From NCBI GenBank assembly GCA_963804655.1, contig CAWDRE010000001.1, positions 311,747 through 375,746 of the forward strand: 64,000 nt of DNA. The letters are read 5' to 3'. Made by a program: the position numbers and the translations under genes. The stretch comes from an uncultured Acidobacteriota bacterium (GTDB lineage Bacteria > Acidobacteriota > Terriglobia > Acidiferrales > UBA7541). Shown here one piece after another: positions 45,681 through 55,293 of the stretch; position 1 is the first letter of the stretch; every line of letters begins with the position of its first letter. The notes under the pieces are model-generated. The model did no database searches. It was given only the letters and a program-made list of their open reading frames with translations, and was not told the DNA's origin.

Positions 45681-47381
45681 GTGCTTATGACACGTGCCCC
45701 CATCCTGGAGGGAACGCGCGCGAATGCGCCGATTCTTTCACCGCGATTCTCTTTGAAATCAATCTTCCGCGGATTTTCCGTAACCTGCGCGCTGGCTGCG
45801 ATTCTGATTACGTCCGGCTGCGTCGGCGTTACTGGTAAAGGTGCCGGAAACGCAGGAAGCACTGCGATTACACTGGGGCTCTCGCCAAGTTCGATAAGCT
45901 TTGGAACTCTTACCGTCGGTCAAAGCAGCACGAAGACAGTCACTTTGACGAACACGGGCACCGGAATTCTGACGATCTCTGGAATTTCAGTCACAGGTCC
46001 TGGTTTCACAGCCTCCGGACCACACCTGCCGATCGCATTAAGCGCGGATCAGAACACAACTATTAGCGTTCTCTTTAAGCCAACTTCCAGCGCCGCAGAT
46101 ACGGGAACGATTACGATCACCAGCAACGCCTCGGAACCCAGCATGGCCGTTGCTCTAAGCGGGACCGGGACCGCGGCGGCGACATCCATTCTGAGCGTGT
46201 CCCCATCTTCGATTGCTTTCGGTAGCGTAGCGGTCGGCAGTGAAGTCACGAAAACGGTGCAGTTGGCGAGCACCGGTACTGGAAGCGTGACGATTTCTGG
46301 AATGACTTTCTCAGGTGCGGGCGTGAGTGTCACCGGCTTGGCGCTGCCTGCTACTTTGGCGGCCGGCAAAGACGCGAATCTCACGGTTATCTACAAGCCC
46401 ACTTCCGCGGGAACGCTGGCAGGTTCGGTTTCAATCGCAAGCAATGCTTCCGACCCTTCCGCGGCAGTCGGCCTAAGTGGAACAGCTACCACTTCACCTA
46501 CGTCCGCGCTGACGGCAACGCCCTCGTCCATTACGTTCGGTAATGTCGTGGTGGGGACAGAATCATCTCAGACGATTCGCTTGGCAAATTCAGGCACTGC
46601 GAGCGTAACTGTTTCCGGGCTTGCGCCTTCCGTTGCGACCGTGAGTGTTTCGGGGCTGACGATTCCAATGACGTTGGCTCCAGGAGCGAGCGCGAATTTC
46701 ACCGCGGCATTTAAGCCCACGGCCGCGAGCAGCGTTTCCGGCAAAATCACCGTAACCAGCAATGCATCGGACGCTTCGATGCCCATCAACTTAACGGGCA
46801 CCGGTCAAACCGCCGTGATACAGCTCACCGCCAGCCCGACGAGTGTGAGTTTTGGCAGCGCGACGACGGGATCGACAAATGCGAAACAAGTGACGGTCAC
46901 CAACACCGGCAACGAAAACGCGATCATTTCAAGCGTCACGGTCGCGGGGACCGGCTTTAGCCTCGGCAGCGCGGGAACCGGTGTAACTCTGAATCCAGGT
47001 CAATCGCAGACGTACACAATCGACTTCGATCCGAAGACTGCGGCCAGCGCGACGGGGACCTTGTCTATCGCGAGCAACGCGCCAAGCTCACCGATGAAGC
47101 TGGCCCTCGCTGGCACGGCGGTCGCGCCTTCCACCAGCCACAGCGTGGCTCTGAGCTGGGATCGCAGCACGTCAACAGTCCTGGGCTATTTCGTGTACCG
47201 CAGCTCGAAGCCCAGCGGCCCGTATGCAAAGATGAACTCTTCCGCTGACTCCAGCACGTCGTATTCAGACAGCACCGTGGCGAGCGGCCAAGTTTACTAC
47301 TACGTAGTCACTGCGGTGGATTCCACCAACATCGAAAGCTCTTACTCCAACCAAGTCTCCGTCACGATTCCCACGAATTAA
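45681..47381 (+). CDS. second surface lipoprotein: about 4 choice-of-anchor-D/ASH-like repeats plus a C-terminal FN3 domain
   Basis: Lipobox-like ITSGC, the same repeat pattern as the upstream gene, and the tail VALSWDRSTSTVLGYFVYRS...YYYVVTAVD. Confidence 0.85.
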   Translation: MLMTRAPILEGTRANAPILSPRFSLKSIFRGFSVTCALAAILITSGCVGVTGKGAGNAGSTAITLGLSPSSISFGTLTVGQSSTKTVTLTNTGTGILTISGISVTGPGFTASGPHLPIALSADQNTTISVLFKPTSSAADTGTITITSNASEPSMAVALSGTGTAAATSILSVSPSSIAFGSVAVGSEVTKTVQLASTGTGSVTISGMTFSGAGVSVTGLALPATLAAGKDANLTVIYKPTSAGTLAGSVSIASNASDPSAAVGLSGTATTSPTSALTATPSSITFGNVVVGTESSQTIRLANSGTASVTVSGLAPSVATVSVSGLTIPMTLAPGASANFTAAFKPTAASSVSGKITVTSNASDASMPINLTGTGQTAVIQLTASPTSVSFGSATTGSTNAKQVTVTNTGNENAIISSVTVAGTGFSLGSAGTGVTLNPGQSQTYTIDFDPKTAASATGTLSIASNAPSSPMKLALAGTAVAPSTSHSVALSWDRSTSTVLGYFVYRSSKPSGPYAKMNSSADSSTSYSDSTVASGQVYYYVVTAVDSTNIESSYSNQVSVTIPTN

Positions 47382-47696
47382 TCACTGTCTCGTTGCGCTC
47401 AAGGTTTTGGGCAGTCATGCGCCGAACCTGCAATTCGGTACGGTGCATCCGCAAGCCTCCTCAGGAAATCGTTTGAACCGGGATATTTTCGTCCGCTTAA
47501 ATCGGCGGCGAGCGGCGCCTCACCGGTCATTCACTCAGTCCTGGCTCCAGCGTTGTTTTTGCTCATGGTCATGTTAACGTGACGATAGACATAAGGAGAA
47601 TCCGGCCGCAGCCCTATGGCAATGTCCTGTTGAAGACAGCATTTTGGCGATGTTAGTAGGGATGTTCGACGGACGCGCTGCAAACCAACGAGAATA

Positions 47697-48803
47697 ATGT
47701 TTGGTGCGAGAATCCCGGGCTTAATTTGCGTGTTAGTGCTGTGCGGAATATTGGTGGCCGGTCTCACGCCATTCCGACGGCCTCTGAACGCCGTGACGTG
47801 GCTCGGCAACGAGGATGGTCTTCGTTTCGGCAGGTACGGAACAGTCTGGAGCTCCGGCCAATTTCACGCGGCAGGTGCGCCGAATGAAACTTCTTGCAGT
47901 CTCGAGATTTGGGCGCAACCTGCTTTCGCTAGCGCCTCGAGCACTATCCTCACTTTTTATGCGCCGGGGAATCCTATGCAACTCTCGGTGCACCAATATC
48001 ATTCGCTCGTCATATTGAAGCGCGAGAACCACGACGACTTGCGCCGTACCCAGATTATCGGCGTTGCGGACGTTTTCCACCCGGCAAAACCCGTGTTCCT
48101 AACCGTCACTGCGGGACCGCAGAAAACCTCCATCTATGTTGACGGAACTCTGGCGAGGTCGTTCCCTTTGTTTCGAATGGGCAACGATTGCGCAGGTCAA
48201 CTCTTAATCGGCACCTCGCCCATCACCGATGACAGTTGGCCGGGCGATTTACGAGGCCTCGCGATTTACGATCGCGACCTCACTGCCGAGGAAGCTCTGC
48301 GGCATTTTCAGACGTGGACGACTCAGGGACGGCCTGAAATTTCTGAAAACGTAAGCCCAGCGAGGGTATATCTCTTTGACGAGCGATCCGGAAACGTCGC
48401 CCATGATGCTGCGCGTAGTGGAATCGACCTGTACATTCCAAAGCGCTTTTCACTCTTGCATCAGAAATTTCTGGAGCCTTTCTGGCAGGAATTCAGGCCC
48501 AGACGCAGCTATTTTATGGACATCCTAGTGAATGTCGCGGGCTTCATTCCGCTCGGCTTCGTATTCTTCGCGTACTGGTCATCCGTGCGGCCGATCAAGC
48601 ATCCAGCAATAGCGACCGTCGCGCTGGGACTGGCTGTGAGCCTGACGATCGAGGTCCTCCAATCGTATCTTCCCACTCGTGATTCCGGCACCACAGATCT
48701 GATCACCAATACGTTTGGAACGTTCATTGGCGTGAGATTGTGGTCTCTCAAAATCTTCCGCGGCTCACTCGCAAAAATCGGCTCGGTCACAGCGCCTCGA
48801 TGA
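47697..48803 (+). CDS. membrane protein: N-terminal anchor, LamG/concanavalin-like domain, C-terminal VanZ-like domain
   Basis: The middle region has LamG-type hallmarks (SLEIWAQP...LTFY...HQYHSLVIL...IYVDGTL...WPGDLRGLAIYDRDLT). The C-terminus DILVNVAGFIPLGFVFF...SLTIEVLQSYLPTRDSGTTDLITNTFGTFIG is VanZ-like. Confidence 0.72.
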   Translation: MFGARIPGLICVLVLCGILVAGLTPFRRPLNAVTWLGNEDGLRFGRYGTVWSSGQFHAAGAPNETSCSLEIWAQPAFASASSTILTFYAPGNPMQLSVHQYHSLVILKRENHDDLRRTQIIGVADVFHPAKPVFLTVTAGPQKTSIYVDGTLARSFPLFRMGNDCAGQLLIGTSPITDDSWPGDLRGLAIYDRDLTAEEALRHFQTWTTQGRPEISENVSPARVYLFDERSGNVAHDAARSGIDLYIPKRFSLLHQKFLEPFWQEFRPRRSYFMDILVNVAGFIPLGFVFFAYWSSVRPIKHPAIATVALGLAVSLTIEVLQSYLPTRDSGTTDLITNTFGTFIGVRLWSLKIFRGSLAKIGSVTAPR

Positions 48804-48995
48804 AATCTTTCGACGATTCGTGGTCCTGCGATCGGCGTCAGCGCGCAATTTTGCGCTGGAAAAAGACATCGAAAGTGCTGGGGGCGGCGCGGTGATTTTG
48901 TGCTGGTAATATGTGTTGTGAGTACGACCCGTAACGACCTTTCAAACGTGCAGCGAGCCCGGCTTTCGACGCGTGTGACGGCTTCGCCAGGCCTA

Positions 48996-50438
48996 CTAAG
49001 CTAGCCTCGGTGTGTGAATTGCACCCGGAACTTCCTGCAAATTTGTCGCGCTCAGCAGGAGTTCCCGATGTATGGAGACGAGCGCCGCCTGCATGTCCTT
49101 CCGTGCAACCACAAAAGAGAAGCTGGATTGAGCGGATCCCGGGACGCTGGCCAGCACGTTCAGATTCTCGGCGTCCAAGGCGCTCAGCGCGTGTTCGATA
49201 AGTCCACGCAGTCCACGCGTACTCTCACCGACCACGGCGACGATTGCCACGGACGCATTGAGATCGATGCGTTCCACCTGCTTGTCCGCCAACTCCTGCG
49301 CGAACTCGCGCCGCAGCGCGTCAACTCCGGATTCGGCGACAGCGGATGAAACAATGATGCAGACGTCGTTTGGCGAATTAGCTGATTGCGGAACCAGCCG
49401 GACATCAATCTGTGCCGCCTCGGCGGCGGAGAGCGCGCGAGACAAGACGCTGTGCGAGACCATGTCGTCCCGACTGCGAAGGGTTATCAGCGCGACATCT
49501 CCGTTAGCAGCCAGTGCCTTTACTTCTAAGCCTCTGCACGGGCCAGCGGCTGTAATCTTGGTCCCCGGGCGATCGGGGGCAAACGTGTTGCGGATCGAAA
49601 GCGGGATATTGTGCTGGATTACCGGCCGCAAAGTTTTCGGATGCAGAACCTTGGCGCCCAATTCAGCAAGACCGGAGGCTTCGCTATACGACATCTCGAG
49701 TATGGATCTCGCACCCGGCACCAACCTTGGATCAGCTGTGAGGATGCCGTCCACGTCCGTCCATAGCGTGACTTCGTCCGCATTGATGGCCGCGCCTAGA
49801 ATCGTCCCGGAATAGTCCGAGCTGTTGCGGCCGAGAGTCGTGAGCGCCCCATCCACCGTGGCGCCGATGAATCCGGTTACGACGGCTACCGTGCCCTGAC
49901 GCAACAGGGGCCGCAAGCGCGCTTCGCAGCGTTCGCGTGTGAGGTCCATACGAGGCTCGGCGGATCCGTGGCAGGAATCGGTGACGACGAGCTCTGTGGC
50001 CTCGATTGCCTCGCTGGCCACTTCTCGCTCCGCCAGCGCCGCGGCAACCAGCGGCGCCGAAAGGCGCTCGCCCAAACCCACAATCGAATCGCGTGCGCGC
50101 AGCGTAAGTTGGCGTCTGAGAATAGCGTCCTGGCAGAGCGCGTTCGCCGCTTGAAGAAGTTCGTGCAGTTTGAGGCTGACGCTTTGCAGTCGCTCGGCGG
50201 AAGTGATCAGCGCATTTGCCGCAGATTCGTGCCGTGTGCGCAGTTCCTCGAAAATTTTGGCGACCATACCGCGATGGCCCAGCTCGGACTGGTTGGCAGC
50301 GTCAACTAGCTTGTTCGTCACGCCACTCATCGCGGATACCACCACCACCACGTCACTCTCGCTTGCAGCGGCGCGCACGATATCGGCGACTCTCTCGATG
50401 CAGGAAGCGTCCCCGACCGACGTTCCGCCAAATTTCAT
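48996..50438 (-). CDS. aspartate kinase with two C-terminal ACT domains
   Basis: MKFGGTSVGD, VVVVSAMSGVTN, TTLGRNSSDYSG and tandem ACT-like regions. The start is ambiguous. ATG 50438 gives the canonical N-terminus. In-frame ATG 50582 would overlap the upstream ATP-grasp stop as ATGA. The ORF opens at 50669. Confidence 0.85.
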   Translation of the reverse strand: MKFGGTSVGDASCIERVADIVRAAASESDVVVVVSAMSGVTNKLVDAANQSELGHRGMVAKIFEELRTRHESAANALITSAERLQSVSLKLHELLQAANALCQDAILRRQLTLRARDSIVGLGERLSAPLVAAALAEREVASEAIEATELVVTDSCHGSAEPRMDLTRERCEARLRPLLRQGTVAVVTGFIGATVDGALTTLGRNSSDYSGTILGAAINADEVTLWTDVDGILTADPRLVPGARSILEMSYSEASGLAELGAKVLHPKTLRPVIQHNIPLSIRNTFAPDRPGTKITAAGPCRGLEVKALAANGDVALITLRSRDDMVSHSVLSRALSAAEAAQIDVRLVPQSANSPNDVCIIVSSAVAESGVDALRREFAQELADKQVERIDLNASVAIVAVVGESTRGLRGLIEHALSALDAENLNVLASVPGSAQSSFSFVVARKDMQAALVSIHRELLLSATNLQEVPGAIHTPRLA

Positions 50439-50578
50439 GACGCGAAGCGGTTTCTTCGCGTTTCCGTGCGGCTGCGGATGGCTGGAGCGATGCTGGTGGA
50501 TCACGAGTGAACCAACGGCGCGCCTGGCTTGCGGATCACCGGAACCGAGCAACGAATCGCGATTTTTCAAGGGAGCGG

Positions 50579-51868
50579 TCATGAGCGAGAGGCTCGCGCC
50601 ATCGAGAACTCCTGCAGGCGACTTTGCTGAGAGTACCAAGCGTGTTGCTTCCGCCGGATGCGCACGCAAGCGCGGATCAAGTCGGGTTTATCCCACGGAA
50701 CATCGTGATAAGCGGATTGCAAGAACGCGCTGGTCGGATCCCTGAGCCACTCCTGTGGAAACAGCGCGATCGTGTCGTCGTTCGTGACTTTTGCGGCGGC
50801 GCGAACTGGCTCTCCGGATATCGCCGAATACAGCGCCGCGGGAATATCGCGCCCGAGTCCCAGCGTCAGGTGGCCCACTTGCGTCGCTCGTGGATTGATC
50901 TCAATCAGGTGGGCGTTGCCGGTGCGCTCTTCGAGCATAAAATCTAATCCATGCATTCCAGAAAGCTTGAGCCTGCGAACGATCTTCTCTGCGGCGCTGG
51001 ACATTTCTGAATTCTCAATCACGCGCAGGACAGTGGCATGCCCGGACGAGTCGACTTTATTGATGACTTCAAAATTAAGGCACGCCAGGACTTCGCCATT
51101 CCAGCAAGCGACAGCGCTGGTGGCTTCACGTCCCGAAATGAGCGACTGGGCGTTAACGATGGCGCGGCGGCGGCGAAGTGACGGCCAGACCAGAGTCGCG
51201 TCTCGATCAATTAGGGCGCGCTTGGCAGCCCGCGCAATCAGTGGAGGAGCTTGCAAAACTCTCAGCGCGCGCTCGGCTTCTTCCAAGCTACGAACGACTC
51301 TAACTCCGACGCCACCCGATGTTCCGTCTGCTTTCAAGACTGTCGGAAGTCCTGCGCGCGCGATCCACCTCTTCAGGTCGTCGCTGTCGCGGATTACTGC
51401 GGTCTTCGGGACTCGGATGCCTTCGCTCCCGGCAATCTCCATCAGTGTGGTTCGCGCCTTCACGACCGAGAAACTTTCGGGCGCTCCGAGGGAACGTTGG
51501 ATCAATTGGCAAACTGGCGCTCCAGCGACGCCCTTGCCGAGTTTTTGCCCGTAGAGAGTGTGCAGGTGCTGAGTTGCCAAGTCGTCACCCGGGACGATTA
51601 CGTCCGGCTTGGCGGCAGCGATCGCTTCGCTTAGCGAGTTCAACGGGGAGAGCCCCCGAAAAGGGTGCGTTGCGCGGACCACGCCGGTCTTGTCCAGAGG
51701 GTGATTCGACGGGCAGACCGCGTCCACCGTGAACCCCGCGTTCGCCAAAGCAACAACGAGCCGGGCGGTAGGGAACCAACGAGCAGTCGTAGCAATCAGA
51801 ACCGTTGGTTTCACGGCGCTGCGCACCTCCAGAGGACGTGTGGACTGCCAGCGATTTGACCGCAGCAC
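50579..51868 (-). CDS. ATP-grasp domain ligase, substrate unknown
   Basis: Pre-ATP-grasp N-terminus (KPTVLIATTARWF), LPTVLKADGTSGGVGVRVV and GMHGLDFMLEERTGNAHLIEINPR. GTG at 51814, preceded by GGAGG, is a likelier start than GTG 51868. Confidence 0.8.
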   Translation of the reverse strand: MLRSNRWQSTRPLEVRSAVKPTVLIATTARWFPTARLVVALANAGFTVDAVCPSNHPLDKTGVVRATHPFRGLSPLNSLSEAIAAAKPDVIVPGDDLATQHLHTLYGQKLGKGVAGAPVCQLIQRSLGAPESFSVVKARTTLMEIAGSEGIRVPKTAVIRDSDDLKRWIARAGLPTVLKADGTSGGVGVRVVRSLEEAERALRVLQAPPLIARAAKRALIDRDATLVWPSLRRRRAIVNAQSLISGREATSAVACWNGEVLACLNFEVINKVDSSGHATVLRVIENSEMSSAAEKIVRRLKLSGMHGLDFMLEERTGNAHLIEINPRATQVGHLTLGLGRDIPAALYSAISGEPVRAAAKVTNDDTIALFPQEWLRDPTSAFLQSAYHDVPWDKPDLIRACVRIRRKQHAWYSQQSRLQEFSMARASRS

Positions 51869-52501
51869 GAGGTAGCTGGTCAGACGCGACAGTGGTACGG
51901 TGGCTTGGATGGCAATCCGTGGGCCAAAGGAGGGCTAATTGAACGATCCGACCTCTCTTGTAACTAACACATAATAAGCCGCTTACCTTAAAGAAACCAC
52001 TTTTCTGCAGAGTGTCAGTGCCAGAAGCCAATGAAAAGACTTGCTCTAAGTGGCAAATCCATTCCCAGTGGGCCCGGAATTAGAGCACAGCATGCAAGCG
52101 GCGGTCGGCAATCGCCTTCACCGCCCGGTGGTTACATTCAGACTAGCAAGCGAACGGCATCACGCAGAGAATTGACCGCACGGGCGCCACGAATCGTCCG
52201 CCTAGGATCCGCTAGTAGGCCAGACCCTCCACCAAGGACGGAGCGCTTTGCCCATCGACGGCGGCGTGAGCTTGCCTCGCAAGAAACCTGCGATGAATGC
52301 TTCTCCGGATTGCGAGTTCGACCCGTGGTTTGTGACTCTCAATCGCAGGACGGATGCGCGATTCCTGAGATCGATAGGCCTAAAGTCGAAGCGATTTCGA
52401 TCTGAGCCATCCGCGAGGCGGCATCGGGCTGCCTAACTTTAGGTCGCCACGAAAAAATCCCTCTATCTCGTTCGTGAACTGCAGTCCTGGGGAAATCCTG
52501 C

Positions 52502-54038
52502 TTAGCGTTTCGCGGTTAAATTTCGGGAATTATGTTTATTGGAATCGACAGAATCGGGCGTCGCTTTCAATCGTCTCACCGTCCGCTTTGCCTGAGCCAG
52601 CATCGCTGGATGTTGTACGAGAAACTCATCGCGGAACTCGGAGAGAGCTCTCCGTACGAACACTTTTCCGCCATAAATGAATCCTGCCCGTCGCGATGTA
52701 GATAAGAGCGGCTTACGTCGGTGCAATTGAACACGAGCGGTCTGTGCCGGATGAAGAGTCATTTCAATCTCGATGCATTGGTCGCGGCGGCCGATCGGAA
52801 CGTTGCTCCCGTTGAGAACCAGGAAAGTGACAGAGTCCATGTCTGCTTCCTGCTTAAACAAGCGATACGAAAGCCGCAGCGGTGAGTTATTGGTGATACA
52901 GAATGTATCGGTAAAGAAGCGGACGTCCCAACATTCAGAAGATACGGCACGTTTCCAACAAGTTCGTTGCAGCGTTTCGGTCAGCGAACCCCAACGAAGA
53001 TCAGGCTCGCATTCATTCAACCGGTTTGCCAGCGCCTCCAGTGATGGAAAGCCCTTCTGAAAGAAGTCGTGGTGCTCCACGATGAATGCTGGCCTGCCTA
53101 AGAACAGATCAAGTAGAAATGGGAAAGAGGATTTCAAATAGTGCCTGAGAAACACTGGAAAGCCGCAAATCCTGTTGAAGGAAGGCAGAAGCAGCTCGCA
53201 TAGCGTGACCGGAGCCGCATCACGATCGAGAGGAAAACGCGATGAGTTGATGGCTGCGAGAAAACCGCTTGAGCTGAGCCCACGAAAACTCGCTGTCGAG
53301 AAACGCCCTTGTGGAAAGACCATGATCGGCTCAAAACCAAGTCCAGTTCGAATCTCTTGACGCTGCATTCGACGCATGGCGAGGATGGACTTCTGCTCCA
53401 AATAGTCTCCGTCGCGACTTCCGTATTCATTGTTCGTGTGGTCACAGCCATGAACGCAAACAGAAAACCTTCTCCCCCGCCTTGTTAAAGAAAGAGGCCG
53501 CGCCTCGGGAGGTACGTGCCTGGTTCCACGGAATAAAGGCCACGGTCGCGGAATATCGATGCTGCCTCATCGATTCGAACAGAGTGGTGAAATTAAGCAT
53601 GCCGTACTTGCGACGGAGCACAGGGTCATCAATAATCAAACGCGAGCCGTTGTAGCCACCCTGCCAACAAAAATCTCCACAAGCTGCGCGCACGAACATG
53701 AGCACCGGCAAAAGGGAATCGTAATGCTCTTCAATATCATCCTCGTGCATGACGCGCAGATCGGGGTTAGGAATGACCGCGATTGTCGAAACGAACAAAT
53801 TGCAAGTCTCAAGCCGCAAGGATAAGAACATAGGCTTGGCGGAAACTGTGATGACGGGTACGATGCTGTTCGTTCCAGGTAAGAAGACGTCGCACGTCGT
53901 CGCGCTTTTCGGTTGTGGATAGCTTGCCCCGGATAATTGCCGCGAGAAGCGCTTGCCAGCGACTGGAAGCTCGCGCTGGCCCGCTTCGGTCACGGTCTCC
54001 GTTGTGATCATTGAGTCGCCGCTCAGCCATCGCAGCAT
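52502..54038 (-). pseudogene. NodB/DUF2334-like putative polysaccharide deacetylase-fold protein, frame-shifted
   Basis: ORF 53442-54038 ends ...LIIDDPVLRRKYG...AFIPWNQ...FFNKAGEKVFCLRSWL*. Shifting one base gives FSVCVHGCDHTNNEYGSRDGDYLEQKSILAM..., which is the frame of ORF 52502-53401. The break is near 53464-53478. The DD and H-x3-H motifs fit NodB-type metal sites, which is inference. ORF 54023-54316 may be a further N-terminal piece. Confidence 0.55.
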
Positions 54039-54608
54039 TCATCATGTGTTCTTGCGGCGATTCCATAAAGGAAGATCGTTCGAAAACTGAGAAGTTTTTC
54101 CCGGACCGATTTGCGCGAATCCTCCTCGCGATGGAGAGCGGCGAGCGTGTCCGCAGACAAGGCGACGGCGGCAGGCGGGGCGGCGTTCTCGGGACATGCC
54201 AAGAACATCTCGACAGTAGGGGAATTCGAGAATCGAACGTTCGCGCCAAGAAAAGACGCAAAGGCGGCCAAGTTGGAGTCGCTGGATTTGCTTCGGTTAC
54301 TTGACAGGATGAGCAATGGTCATTCCTTTTCAGTCATTCACACCCAACGCCCCCGAGCGTACGTCGCGGCACGGGGATTCTAACAAGTTTGTGAGCGCAG
54401 GCCGCCTAGTTCCCTTAATACACTCCGCAAGTAGTTGTCACGTTATCGGACGCATTCACTTTTTCTCCGAATCATCGAGCTAAGAGGAAATCACGCCAGG
54501 ATTTCGTGGTGGCCCCAAGTTTACCTGAAGTGGACATCAACGAGGATCTGCAATTTGCGAATTGCCAAGGATGGCATTCCATCTTGCGTATCCGAAATCA
54601 GTAGCTCG

Positions 54609-55031
54609 TTACGCCCTCTCGAGGTACTCAATCAAAAGCCCTTCGTGCGTGAGAAACCACGAGATGCGGCGGCCGCCAAACGCCACCGCCGGTTGGGGTC
54701 GACGGATCATGATCAAACCCCGGGCAGAAGCACCCTGCAGCACGTCTCCTAGATTGCCAACCTCGTAGCACAAATGATGCAGCCCCCCACCGCGCGCCAG
54801 AAACTTTCCGACCGGGGAGTCGGGGCCTGCCGGTTCAACTAGTTCGACGCTCGGGTCTCCGGGATGGCTCGCATAGATGAACGCTACGCGCACATCTTGA
54901 AGCGGATCGTGCCAAATTTGTGACCAGTCCGTTCCACCCAGCGCTCGGCAGAACCCTTCCATCACAGCGGCAATGGAAGCCACGACGAATCCGGTGTGAT
55001 GCAGGCGTTCATCGGATTGACTAGAAGACAT
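54609..55031 (-). CDS. VOC-fold protein (glyoxalase / methylmalonyl-CoA epimerase-like)
   Basis: LHHTGFVVASI...VELVEPAGPDSPVGKFLARGGGLHHLCYEV. Start taken at MSSSQSDERLHH (55031); the ORF opens at 55184. Confidence 0.78.
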   Translation of the reverse strand: MSSSQSDERLHHTGFVVASIAAVMEGFCRALGGTDWSQIWHDPLQDVRVAFIYASHPGDPSVELVEPAGPDSPVGKFLARGGGLHHLCYEVGNLGDVLQGASARGLIMIRRPQPAVAFGGRRISWFLTHEGLLIEYLERA

Positions 55032-55293
55032 GGGCGTAAAGGATGGAGTTGAGGCATGGTTGTACGAACGTGCAAATGTTCCAGCTGGCAGCCAGAAACT
55101 GTTCTTTCCGCGGGATACTGAAAGGCGAAGACGACACCTTACTGTCTCCGCAGGCCAGGAGCCGGGTGCGCTCCGATAAGACAATGTCCGCGAAGATGAG
55201 AGTGCAAGCGCGCGGGACGGTCAGTTGCACCGACAAATTTACGTCAACTTTCAACAGACTTTCGACTCCCGTTACGGTTCATCGAGCATCGAT

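Noticed and set aside
52031-52405. 124-aa plus-strand ORF in the large spacer
   Set aside because: It has an Arg/Pro/Ser-rich, repetitive translation and no start context. It is probably non-coding.
51869-52501. Search for a graspetide/microviridin-type precursor peptide upstream of the ATP-grasp gene
   Set aside because: Manual minus-strand translation gave only ORFs of 23 aa or fewer (e.g. MAQIEIASTLGLSISGIAHPSCD). None has a Shine-Dalgarno or a Thr/Ser plus Asp/Glu-rich core. The ATP-grasp protein also lacks an obvious RiPP context.
54023-54316. 97-aa minus-strand ORF as an independent gene
   Set aside because: It has a TTG start with no ribosome-binding site and abuts the deacetylase-like ORF in another frame. 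It is more likely a displaced N-terminal segment or non-coding, so it is left unresolved and not called as a CDS.
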